Assembly: GCA_963706595.1 (NCBI GenBank)
Contig: OY970166.1
Span: forward strand, 4,384,001 to 4,448,000
Length of the DNA: 64,000 nt
Origin: an uncultured cyanobacterium
Lineage (GTDB): Bacteria; Cyanobacteriota; Cyanobacteriia; Cyanobacteriales; Nostocaceae
Direction: 5' to 3'
A program made the position numbers and the translations under genes. The notes under the pieces were generated by a model, which saw only the letters and a list, made by a program, of their open reading frames with translations, searched no databases and was not told the DNA's origin. This document shows positions 42,641 through 52,774 of the stretch, in pieces. The first letter of the stretch is position 1, and each line of letters begins with the position of its first letter.

Positions 42641-44221
42641 ATGTACACAACAAATCAACCCGATCCAGTTCGCTTAGAAATCTTCAAAAACCTGTATCAA
42701 TTTATCGCAGAACAAATGGGGATTATTCTCCAGAACACAGCAGCATCGGTAAACATCAAAGAACGCCTCGATTTCTCCTGCGCTATTTTTGACACTTCGG
42801 GGTTATTAGTAGCCAACGCTCCCCATATTCCTGTACATTTAGGCTCAATGAGTGAAAGTGTCCGCAGCTTAATTAACGATAAAGGCGACACCATTCAACC
42901 CGGAAATGTTTACCTATCTAATAATCCCTACAACGGAGGAACTCACCTTCCCGATGTTACAGCTATTACCCCTGTTTTCCTCGAATATAATACTTCATCC
43001 CCTACTCCCCACTCACCATTCGCCACTCCCCTGTTTTACGTTGCTTCTCGTGGACACCAAGCCGATATCGGTGGAATTACACCCGGTTCCATGCCTCCCC
43101 ACAGCACCACAGTAGACGAAGAAGGCATTTTATTTGATAACTTCCTCTTAGTTAAACAAGGAAAATTCCAAGAAACTTCAGTAAGAGAAATCCTCGCAAA
43201 TCATCCCTATCCGGCGCGTAACCCTGACCAAAATATAGCTGATTTCAAAGCTCAAATTGCTGCCAATGAAAGAGGAGTGCAAGAACTCCGAAAAATGGTT
43301 GCTCAATACGGCATTGAAACAGTGCAGTCTTACATGAATTTTGTGCAAGACAATGCGGAAGAAGCAGTAAGACGAGCCATAAATCTGCTCAAAGATGGCT
43401 CTTTTAGTTATGCAATGGATAATGGGGCAGAAATTAAAGTTACAGTCACAATTGACAAAGAAAACCGCAGTGCAATAATTGATTTTACTGGCACATCTCC
43501 ACAAATAAATAGTAACTTTAATGCTCCCAAAGCTGTAACTCAAGCCGCAGTTTTATATGTCTTCCGCACTTTAGTTGATGATAATATTCCCCTCAATGCT
43601 GGGTGTCTTAAACCTCTAGAAATCATTATTCCCGTTGGCTGTATGCTTAACCCCACATATCCCGCCGCAGTGGTAGCCGGTAACGTGGAAACCTCCCAAA
43701 CCATTGTCGATGCTTTATATGGTGCATTGGGTGTCATGGCTGGTTCTCAGGGAACTATGAATAATTTTACCTTTGGAAATCAGCGTTATCAATATTATGA
43801 AACCATCTGCGGTGGTTCTGGCGCAGGAGCTTATTTTGATGGTACTGATGCAGTGCATACCCACATGACTAACTCCCGATTAACTGACCCCGAAGTTTTA
43901 GAAACCCGTTATCCTGTATTAGTAGAAAGCTTTAGTCTGCGTCCTGATAGCGGCGGTAAAGGTAAACATTCCGGTGGTGATGGTGTAATTCGCCGCATTC
44001 GGTTTTTAGAACCCATGACAGCCAATATTCTCTCTAGCCATCGCTTAGTTCCTCCCTTTGCATTAAATGGAGGGGAACCAGGAGAAGTAGGACGCAACTG
44101 GATAGAACGTCAAGACGGAACCCAGGAGAATTTAGACAGTACCGCCACCGTAGAAATGCAGCCAGGGGATGTTTTTGTGATTGAAACCCCTGGGGGAGGA
44201 GGGTTTGGATGTGTTGCTTAG
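42641..44221 (+). CDS. 5-oxoprolinase / hydantoinase B subunit (C-terminal half)
   Basis: NIKERLDFSCA, PVHLGSM, GGTHLPD, YYETICGG and TPGGGGFG. Confidence 0.92.
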   Translation: MYTTNQPDPVRLEIFKNLYQFIAEQMGIILQNTAASVNIKERLDFSCAIFDTSGLLVANAPHIPVHLGSMSESVRSLINDKGDTIQPGNVYLSNNPYNGGTHLPDVTAITPVFLEYNTSSPTPHSPFATPLFYVASRGHQADIGGITPGSMPPHSTTVDEEGILFDNFLLVKQGKFQETSVREILANHPYPARNPDQNIADFKAQIAANERGVQELRKMVAQYGIETVQSYMNFVQDNAEEAVRRAINLLKDGSFSYAMDNGAEIKVTVTIDKENRSAIIDFTGTSPQINSNFNAPKAVTQAAVLYVFRTLVDDNIPLNAGCLKPLEIIIPVGCMLNPTYPAAVVAGNVETSQTIVDALYGALGVMAGSQGTMNNFTFGNQRYQYYETICGGSGAGAYFDGTDAVHTHMTNSRLTDPEVLETRYPVLVESFSLRPDSGGKGKHSGGDGVIRRIRFLEPMTANILSSHRLVPPFALNGGEPGEVGRNWIERQDGTQENLDSTATVEMQPGDVFVIETPGGGGFGCVA

Positions 44222-44244
44222 ATATACTGATGACGAATTACGAA

Positions 44245-44835
44245 TTAATTAACCACTTGGCTTCCATGACTACGGGGATCATCTTGATTGTTGGCGGGTG
44301 TAACGGGAGCGCGAAATTGGGAAACTTGTCCGCTAGTTTTAGCATAGGGTAAGGAGGAACCAGCCACCAACGCGTCTAAGTTACTAGCCATGACTGTATG
44401 GGGTTGGTCGCCGATGGTTTGGGCGATGCTTTCCCCATCTTTAGCTAAAAATACAAAGTGAGGAATCCCATCTACTCGATATTTCAGCATTTCGGGTAGC
44501 CATTTGGTGTTGTCTACGTTCAACATCACAAAGTTTACTTTGTCCGCATACTGCTGTTCGAGTTCGGCGATATCAGGAGCCATTTTTTGGCAGACTGTAC
44601 ACCAGTTAGCGTAAAACTCGACTATTGAGGGTTTACCGTTGCTAATGGCTATTTCTAGGGGTGTGGATGTTTGATCTAAGTCGGCTAAAGAGGTGGAATT
44701 TGTTTCTGTTCTCAATCCTAAGACTAAAGCTACACTCAGAGCGATCGCCACTATAGCAATTAAGAAGTTTCTCACCCTCCTCCCAGTTGTGGTTTCAGGC
44801 TTAGGGGTAGAATTGATAGGGGTTTCTGTAGTCAT
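44245..44835 (-). CDS. txlA: membrane-anchored thioredoxin-like protein (TxlA/HCF164-like)
   Basis: N-terminal TM, FYANWCTVC, GIPHF and C-terminal DPRSHG. Confidence 0.8.
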   Translation of the reverse strand: MTTETPINSTPKPETTTGRRVRNFLIAIVAIALSVALVLGLRTETNSTSLADLDQTSTPLEIAISNGKPSIVEFYANWCTVCQKMAPDIAELEQQYADKVNFVMLNVDNTKWLPEMLKYRVDGIPHFVFLAKDGESIAQTIGDQPHTVMASNLDALVAGSSLPYAKTSGQVSQFRAPVTPANNQDDPRSHGSQVVN

Positions 44836-44949
44836 AGGAAATTTATTAAAACTTATTAAGTATTGTCACTCTTTAGTTTAACGTTTTCTGCTTCTGCGGC
44901 TTTTGCAAGTCACACTAAGCTAGAACAGAAACTACTCTCTGCTAAAGCT

Positions 44950-45354
44950 GTGAAAAAACGAGTTACCCTGACTTTTCCCAAACGTGCGATTCAAATGCCG
45001 GTGACTTACCTACTGGCAAAGGAATTTAACGTGGCTGCAAATATTATCCGCGCCCAAGTTGCACCAAATCAAATTGGTAAACTGGTGGTAGAATTATCAG
45101 GAGATATTGATCGGTTAAATGAAGCTATTGAGTGGATGCGATCGCGTCATATCAATGTTTCCCATAACTTAGGTGAAATTGTCATTGATGAAGATGTCTG
45201 TGTCCACTGTGGTTTGTGTACTGGGGTTTGTCCGACAGAAGCCCTGACTTTGCACCCAGAAACATTCAAATTGACATTCACGCGATCGCGCTGTATTGTC
45301 TGTGAGCAATGTATTCCTACTTGTCCAGTACAAGCAATTTCCACGAATCTCTAA
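44950..45354 (+). CDS. NIL-domain 2[4Fe-4S] ferredoxin
   Basis: ANIIRA NIL domain; CVHCGLCTGVCP and CIVCEQCIPTCP; GTG start at 44950. Confidence 0.9.
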   Translation: MKKRVTLTFPKRAIQMPVTYLLAKEFNVAANIIRAQVAPNQIGKLVVELSGDIDRLNEAIEWMRSRHINVSHNLGEIVIDEDVCVHCGLCTGVCPTEALTLHPETFKLTFTRSRCIVCEQCIPTCPVQAISTNL

Positions 45355-45355
45355 T

Positions 45356-46126
45356 TTAGAAGAATAGTTTAAATCGTCCTAACTGAGTTTCAATAGCTCC
45401 AGTGATCATTTTATTCAGTTCTGTACTATCTTGAAATTGCAAAATTTGTTGTGTGGGCAAATCAAAGGGAAATTCACCCTCAAAGTCTGGGTGTTGCATC
45501 TGTGCTAACAAAATTTGTTCAGCCCGCTTACTTTGCATAGCATAGCCAATCTCCACACAGACATTGGGACTAGGAATTAATTGATTATTTTCTTTCCCAG
45601 AAATGCTCGCAATGGGTGTAGTATCAGCGATAAACAACAAACTCCTGCGGATTCTTCTCATAATAGCATGGCTGAGTCTGATGGGAGCATGACTAGGGCG
45701 GTAAGCTTCTACTAATGTTAAAGGCAGACGCGATCGCTTGTTCAAAGACTCTAAACTTTTTTGTAGTTCCTCTCTTAAGGCATCACTTGCTGGTACATAC
45801 TCAGTTTGGGAACATAAAAAAATCGTTGGTTCTAACTGAGCTAATAATGCTTGTTTGGTGAAATAAATTTCATGACTAATTAAGTCAATGTTAGCTACAC
45901 AATAGCCGCCACTACCTTCAATATAAAATTCAATATTTTCGCCTTCTAAATAACGCCCAAACCAAGTTGATTGTCTAACATGGTCAATATCTTCCAGAAA
46001 GTCCGCTCTTAATGCTGATTTCAGCAGACTTTTTTTACTGAGGCGAATGTCTGGCGGACGTTTTTCCAGTTCTGCAATCGGCTCATAATCTTGAATGTAC
46101 CAGGCTCTGAGCGCAATAATTGACAT
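45356..46126 (-). CDS. conserved cyanobacterial hypothetical protein
   Basis: 256-aa ORF; C-terminal part has a PNVCVEIGYA motif (nucleoside deoxyribosyltransferase/TIR-like). Confidence 0.7.
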   Translation of the reverse strand: MSIIALRAWYIQDYEPIAELEKRPPDIRLSKKSLLKSALRADFLEDIDHVRQSTWFGRYLEGENIEFYIEGSGGYCVANIDLISHEIYFTKQALLAQLEPTIFLCSQTEYVPASDALREELQKSLESLNKRSRLPLTLVEAYRPSHAPIRLSHAIMRRIRRSLLFIADTTPIASISGKENNQLIPSPNVCVEIGYAMQSKRAEQILLAQMQHPDFEGEFPFDLPTQQILQFQDSTELNKMITGAIETQLGRFKLFF

Positions 46127-46659
46127 AAGGCGCTATTTCAAATTTCTTTGACTATTTAACATCGTCATTAGCTTACACCCAAATGTAGCAATTTAAACAA
46201 CAACACCCAAACTTCTACTAGCTTTAATGATTTCCTCATTTTGTTTATTCTATCCAGGGATGTCATCAGTTACATCACCTTAAACAAGCAATGAAAACCA
46301 ATTACAGCGCCCCCTAATTTTCAATATTTGAGGAAATATTAGCGTTTGCGTTGGGTGTTGTTGGGTTCAGACGAGACAGACATGAGTTAAACAGCGTTTT
46401 TACCTCTTCTTCTATTACAGATTTAGCTGTTGCATCTGCCAGGAAAGCTTTGTAGCTTCAATTATCAGATTAGCACTTAACAGATGAGCCTGGAAATTTT
46501 TGCAACTAAACTTTACTTATTATCCTCACAAAAGTAAATATATGTCGAAGTTAACTCTCTAGTTAAATGCTTTATTGATTAATTTCTGTTAACCTGCTGT
46601 GTTGTGATCTTTTCTCCATGGCTAAATATTTGATCAAACAGCCCAAACATAGATGAAAA

Positions 46660-46782
46660 TATAGGGCTTCTATTTGATTTCTGAACATCAATACAACTCA
46701 AAATGGCTTTTTCCCACTCCCCACTCCCCACTCCCCACTCCCCACCTACGCAAGCTATCAAAAATTAAAGCGGATTACTATA
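46660..46782. mobile_element. MITE-like element (same family as 7208-7358) carrying (CCCCACT)n STRR
   Basis: TATAGGGCTTCTATTTGATTT...AAATTAAAGCGGATTACTATA with tandem CCCCACT inside. Confidence 0.55.
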
Positions 46783-46784
46783 GC

Positions 46785-49544
46785 TCAGAAACTATTTACC
46801 TTTTGAGCAGCATTCATCTGACGAAAACCTTTCAGAGGAATCTCAATCAAAAATTCTGTACCTTTCCTTATTTCTGAGATACACTCCATTGAGCCACCAT
46901 GTTTCTCCACCACAATCTGATAACTAATTGCTAGTCCTAGTCCTGTACCCTTACCAACTGACTTGGTGGTAAAAAACGGGTCAAAAATTCGCTTTTGGAC
47001 TTCTTTCTTCATGCCCATACCGTTATCAGCAAAGCGAATTAACAAATGGGATTGGTCTGTGGAAATTTGAGTAGAAATCCAAATTGTAGGTTGAGGAAGA
47101 GAATTTTGGATCTTCATCACGATTCTCGATTCTTCTAAGGCATCGATAGCATTGCTGAGAATATTCATAAATACCTGATTCATCTGACCAGCAAAACATT
47201 CTATGCGGGGCAAATCGCCATAATTTTTAATTATTTCCACACTAGTGAGATTGGCACTTGCTTTGATCCGATGTTGTAAAATTAATAAAGTATTGTCGAT
47301 ACCTTCATGGATATTAACAGGCTTGTTCTCCGCCTCATCCAACCGGGAAAAGTTGCGTAAGGATAAGACGATTGAACGGATTCGATCAGTCCCAATTTGC
47401 ATTGAGGAAATAGTTTTTGGTAAATCTTCTACCAAAAAGTCTAAATCAATCACTTCAATTAATGAGTGAATTTGATCATGGGGGTGGGGATAGTGCAATT
47501 TATAAAGGTCTAATAGTTCCAGTAGTTGTTGGATATAGTCATTGGCGTGGGATAGGTTGCCGTAGATAAAGTTAACTGGGTTGTTGATTTCGTGGGCTAC
47601 ACCTGCTACTAACTGCCCTAAACTAGACATTTTTTCAGTTTGAATCAATTGAGACTGGGTTTCTTGCAGTTCCAACAAAGCTTTTTCTAATTGTGCAGCT
47701 TTAGCCTTGGCTTTAATTTCGGCATTACAGCTTTTTTCGTAGAGTTCGGCTTGTTGAATGGCGATGGCGGCTTGATCTGCTAGCCGTTGCAATAAATCAA
47801 TTTCTGTATCCTGCCAGTTTCTGGGAGCATGACATTGATGGGCAATCAGTAACCCCCAGAGTTCCTGACTAATTTTGATCGGCACAACTAAGTTAGCTTG
47901 CACTTGGATATTTTGCAAAAATTCTCGATTGCAATCACTTAAGGACTCTGTGGAAACATTATTAATGGCTCTAGTTTTGCCCCGAAAGTATAAACGCGCC
48001 ATCTCATCAGGGAAGCATTCTAGCGGTGCGTTCATTCCTAACACCGACGGCCATTCGCCATTGATATCTTCTACTGTCACCTCTCCACCAAATTCTCCCA
48101 TTAGTTGATAAATTATTACTCGGTCTGCATTTAGCAGGGGTCGGACTTCCTGAACAATGGCTTGTAAAGTAGCTTTCAAATCCAAGCTACTGCGAATTTG
48201 CTCTGTAACTTGCTTGATTACCTTGGTAAGCCGTAATGATTTTTCTAGTTCAGCAGTTTGTTCTTTTACGCGAGATTCTAAGTTGGTATTCAGCGTCTGT
48301 ACCTGTTCGTACATTTGCTGCTGATGAATTGCCATAGAAAAGTGATAGGACAAAGCTTTTGCCAAGGAAATTTCTTCGGGTTTCCATTCGGGTGCTTCTC
48401 CCTTTCTTTCTTCTCGCCAAAGTTCAAAGGAAAGTCGAGGTAGTCTTTGGCGCTGATTGGAATCATGCCGTCCAGCCCACAAAATTTCGCTATCATATCC
48501 AGGGCGAAAAATGCTCATTACAGCCAGAAAATTTTGGCGGTCATAGAGAGGAATCACAAGGAGTCCGCGAATCTGAGTTGGTTGGAATGCAGTCGCCAAA
48601 ACTCGCAAACGTGGTTCTTTGTAGAGGTCAGTAATTGCCCCAATATGACTCGGTTCAAATTCTGAGATCCAGTTTTGCCAGACTGGGTGTTGTTCAATGG
48701 CGGTGTTTTCTAACTGATAGGGTAGTTGCGGCTGTTCGCCTGATGTGTATGTTTCACCAGTTTCAGCAATGTAGATTCTCCCGCCGATGCTACTGAATGC
48801 GGTGATCACTTCTTCTAGTGCATCTTGTAATTGGATTGTGGGGAGTTGATGCAGCAGTGTGGTGATTCTGTTAATTGTGGCTTCTCGCTTTTGCTGGGTC
48901 CGGGCTTCGGTGAGTAAGTTACTTTGAGCGATCGCAATCATCACCTGATCCGCAACTTGTTGTACTACTTTGAGTTCCCGCTTCAAAATCGTGCGCGGTT
49001 GGCTGTGATGCGAAACTAACAACCCCCACAATTGTCGCTTTGCTGGGGTCACGGCTGGGTCGTCATGTAATATTGGTACAACCAGTGAAGACTGTACGCC
49101 CATTGATTTTAAGTATTGAATATGACAGGGGTCTACCTGCCGATAGTGAATATGATCTGTTTGGATAGATTTGCCGCTTTCTTTTGACTTGAGTGGTGAT
49201 AGTCCGATTTTTCCCCCAGCGACATCGACTATGGAACGTTGCCGTGCTGTCACAAACATCTCTTTAGCTTCTGAGGGGATATCATCGGCTGGGAAGTGTA
49301 ACCCTAATAGCGATGGTAGACGCTGTTCATGAATAGATTCGGCGATCACTTCACCGCTACTATCCGCGTCAAATCGATACACCATTACTCGGTCTGTAGC
49401 CAAAAATAAGCGCACTTCGTCAACTGTAGCTGCTAATATCTCTTGCAGTTCAAGCGATCGCCTAATCTGGTTTGTGATCCGATGCAATAAATTTTCCTGG
49501 TTGAAAATTGGCTGCACATCGTTGGACTTTTCAGTAAATTCCAT
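46785..49544 (-). CDS. aphC: knotless phytochrome / GAF sensor histidine kinase (AphC-like)
   Basis: GAF1 with PADDIP and DPCH; PHY-like GAF2 with WAG and PRLSF; third GAF; HEINNP, NAIDA and GKGTGLGL. Confidence 0.75.
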   Translation of the reverse strand: MEFTEKSNDVQPIFNQENLLHRITNQIRRSLELQEILAATVDEVRLFLATDRVMVYRFDADSSGEVIAESIHEQRLPSLLGLHFPADDIPSEAKEMFVTARQRSIVDVAGGKIGLSPLKSKESGKSIQTDHIHYRQVDPCHIQYLKSMGVQSSLVVPILHDDPAVTPAKRQLWGLLVSHHSQPRTILKRELKVVQQVADQVMIAIAQSNLLTEARTQQKREATINRITTLLHQLPTIQLQDALEEVITAFSSIGGRIYIAETGETYTSGEQPQLPYQLENTAIEQHPVWQNWISEFEPSHIGAITDLYKEPRLRVLATAFQPTQIRGLLVIPLYDRQNFLAVMSIFRPGYDSEILWAGRHDSNQRQRLPRLSFELWREERKGEAPEWKPEEISLAKALSYHFSMAIHQQQMYEQVQTLNTNLESRVKEQTAELEKSLRLTKVIKQVTEQIRSSLDLKATLQAIVQEVRPLLNADRVIIYQLMGEFGGEVTVEDINGEWPSVLGMNAPLECFPDEMARLYFRGKTRAINNVSTESLSDCNREFLQNIQVQANLVVPIKISQELWGLLIAHQCHAPRNWQDTEIDLLQRLADQAAIAIQQAELYEKSCNAEIKAKAKAAQLEKALLELQETQSQLIQTEKMSSLGQLVAGVAHEINNPVNFIYGNLSHANDYIQQLLELLDLYKLHYPHPHDQIHSLIEVIDLDFLVEDLPKTISSMQIGTDRIRSIVLSLRNFSRLDEAENKPVNIHEGIDNTLLILQHRIKASANLTSVEIIKNYGDLPRIECFAGQMNQVFMNILSNAIDALEESRIVMKIQNSLPQPTIWISTQISTDQSHLLIRFADNGMGMKKEVQKRIFDPFFTTKSVGKGTGLGLAISYQIVVEKHGGSMECISEIRKGTEFLIEIPLKGFRQMNAAQKVNSF

Positions 49545-49869
49545 TGCTGGTACATTTAAAATGATACATTGAATTGGAAAAAATCTTTGTCAATAATTGC
49601 CAGTAGCAGTCGTCATTTTTACGGCTCTAAAGTTAAGAAAAGGTTATTATTAATAACTTAATCTTATATCTTCGATATCAAAATGTATATAGTAAAATTA
49701 TGCAGTGGAAAAAATTTCAACAGATTATTGATAATCATTATCAAATTTCATGAAAGTTAACATTAGTAGATATTAGTTAAGTAATTTCACTTACGAACTT
49801 TCCTAAAAATTTTTAATCTGGGAGAATGTTGTCATTCCCCAGCCACAGCCAATATTTAATTACTTCTAA

Positions 49870-50355
49870 TTAATCTAACTTACTTTCTCTAGAAATTACC
49901 GTGAAAACTCGCGATTGGAGAATTTCTGCACGTACACCCATGAGAATTTTGCCAAGATGATTTTGACCAGTTTTTTCAGCCCCACAGCCCCAAAAATAAT
50001 CATTTGGCGAATTTTCCACCAGCGTCTCATTACCAGTGGCGATCAGAATTTCTTTAATCTCCAGATGAGTGAGAAACTTTTTGAATACAGCTTCTCGCAT
50101 AACTTTAGTTTTGACCATTTCCCAGTCTGGACGAAGTTGGCGAGTCCGGCAACGCCCCAAAGCCGCAGCTGCTTCTGGGGTTTCGGCGGACTGGATAACG
50201 GGTATAATTCCGGCATCGACACTACCGACAAACTTTTGCGCTTGATAATAATGTTCCACGGTTGGCCAATAAGTATCCTGAATTTGGATGCCGTGGCCAG
50301 AAAAGTTAGAAAAACAGCCATAAGGCTGCCAAACCTTGTAAAAGTATATAGTCAT
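49870..50355 (-). CDS. NADAR family protein (YbiA-like N-glycosidase)
   Basis: FSNFS, WPTVEHYYQAQKF, LVENSPNDYFWG and GQNHLGKILM. Confidence 0.9.
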   Translation of the reverse strand: MTIYFYKVWQPYGCFSNFSGHGIQIQDTYWPTVEHYYQAQKFVGSVDAGIIPVIQSAETPEAAAALGRCRTRQLRPDWEMVKTKVMREAVFKKFLTHLEIKEILIATGNETLVENSPNDYFWGCGAEKTGQNHLGKILMGVRAEILQSRVFTVISRESKLD

Positions 50356-50515
50356 TTGAAAATTGCTCTTTATATATATCAATCTCTATGATGCCTGTAG
50401 ATGCTAGCAAGAAGTTGTCAACTTTAGGCTGAAAGCTAGCACTTGTCTCCAGACAGAAGATATTACTGGAACAAAAATTATATTGTGGTAAAAAACTCTG
50501 TCTGTGAGGTTGACA

Positions 50516-51010
50516 ATGGAGGTCAAGAGTGAAAATGTTGCTCGCCCTATGCCGTTGATTCTTGCCGGGATTTTCCTGGGAATGGGTTTAGGCGGCTTCC
50601 TGGATGGTATAGTGCTGCATCAAATTCTACAATGGCATCATATGTTAAGCAATATTCGTCCTTTAAAAACTGTCTCCAATATTGATTTGAACATGGTTTG
50701 GGACGGCTTGTTTCATGCCTTTGATTGGGTAATGACCGTGGTAGGAGTGGCGTTACTGTGGCGCGCTGGAGGTCGTGCAGATGTTCCTTGGTCAACAAAT
50801 ACCTTTGTGGGTTCTTTGCTGATAGGTGCAGGCTTATTCAATTTTGTGGAAGGACTAATTGACCACCAAATTTTGGGTATTCACCATCTGAAACCAGGTC
50901 CAAATCAGTTAGTGTGGGATTTGGGATTTCTCTTGTTTGGCTTGCTCATGGTTGTAGTCGGTGGAATCATGCTCAAAAATCACAATAAATATCTCCGACA
51001 AAGAATATAG
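50516..51010 (+). CDS. DUF2243 membrane protein
   Basis: DGIVLHQILQWHHM, WDGLFH and EGLIDHQILGIHH. Confidence 0.85.
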   Translation: MEVKSENVARPMPLILAGIFLGMGLGGFLDGIVLHQILQWHHMLSNIRPLKTVSNIDLNMVWDGLFHAFDWVMTVVGVALLWRAGGRADVPWSTNTFVGSLLIGAGLFNFVEGLIDHQILGIHHLKPGPNQLVWDLGFLLFGLLMVVVGGIMLKNHNKYLRQRI

Positions 51011-51209
51011 ATTCATAATTTTTGCCGAAAAGTAGCGATAATGGCGAAAGTATCCAAGAAAATTATTTTTTATGACCTGTTGCAGTTGATACACCACCCT
51101 ACACCTGATATCTAGTGCAAACGATGGTTACTGCCAGACGAGTTTATTTGTGATTGTTTTGAGGGATAGCGATCGCCTTGATCCTATCCTTTTTCTTTCG
51201 CCCACTATT

Positions 51210-51797
51210 TTATTCTTCATTTAATTCAACATTGACGCGGTGATAAATTTCACTTAAGGCAATTTGAAAGTCAAGAGCATCCATTACTAAAACTGCATTT
51301 TCTCCTTCATATTCTTTAAAAAGCCATTGCCCTTCTGTCTGTTTAACAAATTGCTCAACTGCAAAACTATACTGGTCAATCATAATATATTCTTCAAATC
51401 CAGCTAGAGAACGATAATATTTAAATTTATCTATTTTGTCATAATTTTTAGTGGAATTTGATAAGACCTCAACTATTAATAACGGGTTAGTAATAGTTGT
51501 TGTTCCCGTTCCTTGATATATAGGCTGACCTTTAACAACCATAATATCAGGATATGTATAGATCCGATACTGAGGTATCCATAATTTCACATCACCAATG
51601 TAGATTTCGTAATCTTGCTCTGCAATTGTTAAAGGAAATCTTTTATAAAAATTACCTGCAATTTTATTATGGTTAGTTGTTCCGCCTGTCATCGGGATAA
51701 TTTCTCCATTTCGATATTCATTTTTGTATTCAGCTTGCTCTTCTAAGTCCAAATATTCTGCGGGAGTGTAATAGCGATTTTCTGTTTTTAAAACCAT
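51210..51797 (-). CDS. Uma2 family endonuclease
   Basis: EYRNGEI, YPDIMV, IVEVLSNST and KFKYY. Confidence 0.9.
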   Translation of the reverse strand: MVLKTENRYYTPAEYLDLEEQAEYKNEYRNGEIIPMTGGTTNHNKIAGNFYKRFPLTIAEQDYEIYIGDVKLWIPQYRIYTYPDIMVVKGQPIYQGTGTTTITNPLLIVEVLSNSTKNYDKIDKFKYYRSLAGFEEYIMIDQYSFAVEQFVKQTEGQWLFKEYEGENAVLVMDALDFQIALSEIYHRVNVELNEE

Positions 51798-51859
51798 ATT
51801 AATTTACCCATGTCATGTGTCAATTTGGTGCGTTAACAATAGCGTAACGCACCTGAAGA

Positions 51860-52699
51860 TTACTCAACAAATTTTGGTCTGGCTTTTCCGGTTGACTGTA
51901 ACTTTAATTCTAAAGCTGCCCAATCTGACTGCTCAATCAAGTTAGTTAATTCATCAAGTTTTTGGCGATATTGTTGTAATGAACTCAGCAAGGCTTGGCG
52001 GTTATACTGAGCCATCATTACCCCTAATTGGGGATTACCACCACCGACACGGCTGGTATCTCGAAAACCTGAACTCGCGAGATTTTGGGCTAATTGCAGC
52101 ACTTGCTCATCAGCTTCACCCATGCAAGTAGCAATTAAGGACGAGCTGACCATTACGGGTAAATGGGAAATTAAACTCACAGCGCGGTCATGTTCTTGTG
52201 GCTGGCAATAATAAAGATTCGCCCCAAGCGATCGCACAATTTCTTCTACTAGTGAAATCGCTGTCTTTGGTGTTGTATAATCTGGTGTAAGAACATAGGG
52301 TTTACCCAGAAACAAATGCCGTTGCGCCGCTTCTATGCCACTATCTGCTGTTCCCGCCATCGGATGACCACCAACGAAATTCTCCCACAAAGGAGCGATC
52401 GCCTGAACTATGGGTGCTTTGACTGAACCAACATCAGTGATTACAGTAGTTACAGGCAAATGATTAATTAACTGCTGTAATTGGGGAATAATAAGCGCAA
52501 TAGGTGTACAAATAAAAACAACCTCTGCGGCTGCTAACAGGCTCATGTCAACAGATGCTTCATCGACGCTACCTAAAGCGATCGCTCTAGAACAGGTAGA
52601 CGGACGGCGACTGACTCCTAAAACATGATGACCAAGCGATCGCAAATCATAACCCAAAGAGCCACCTATCAGTCCCAGTCCTAAAATACCAATTTTCAT
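51860..52699 (-). CDS. tyrA: prephenate/arogenate dehydrogenase
   Basis: GLGLIGGS, TDVGSVK, GGHPMAG, HDRAV..ISHLP and GFRDTSR. Confidence 0.93.
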   Translation of the reverse strand: MKIGILGLGLIGGSLGYDLRSLGHHVLGVSRRPSTCSRAIALGSVDEASVDMSLLAAAEVVFICTPIALIIPQLQQLINHLPVTTVITDVGSVKAPIVQAIAPLWENFVGGHPMAGTADSGIEAAQRHLFLGKPYVLTPDYTTPKTAISLVEEIVRSLGANLYYCQPQEHDRAVSLISHLPVMVSSSLIATCMGEADEQVLQLAQNLASSGFRDTSRVGGGNPQLGVMMAQYNRQALLSSLQQYRQKLDELTNLIEQSDWAALELKLQSTGKARPKFVE

Positions 52700-52774
52700 T
52701 TTTTTTGATTTTGACATACGTATTTTCTGCATACTTTACCAACTATTAAAGTTGGTATCTAAGGAATTACATTC

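Noticed and set aside
46315..46460. Minus-strand open stretch (...DATAKSVIEEEVKTLFNSC...) or 14-aa peptide MSVSSEPNNTQRKR
   Set aside because: The longer frame has no start codon and neither matches a family I recognise; cannot be supported without a search.
46579..46877. Two short ORFs (60 and 67 aa)
   Set aside because: They are translations of the MITE and (CCCCACT)n repeat.
49915..50391. 158-aa plus-strand ORF
   Set aside because: It is the antisense shadow of the well-supported NADAR gene. The other short ORFs overlapping real genes in the track are rejected for the same reason.
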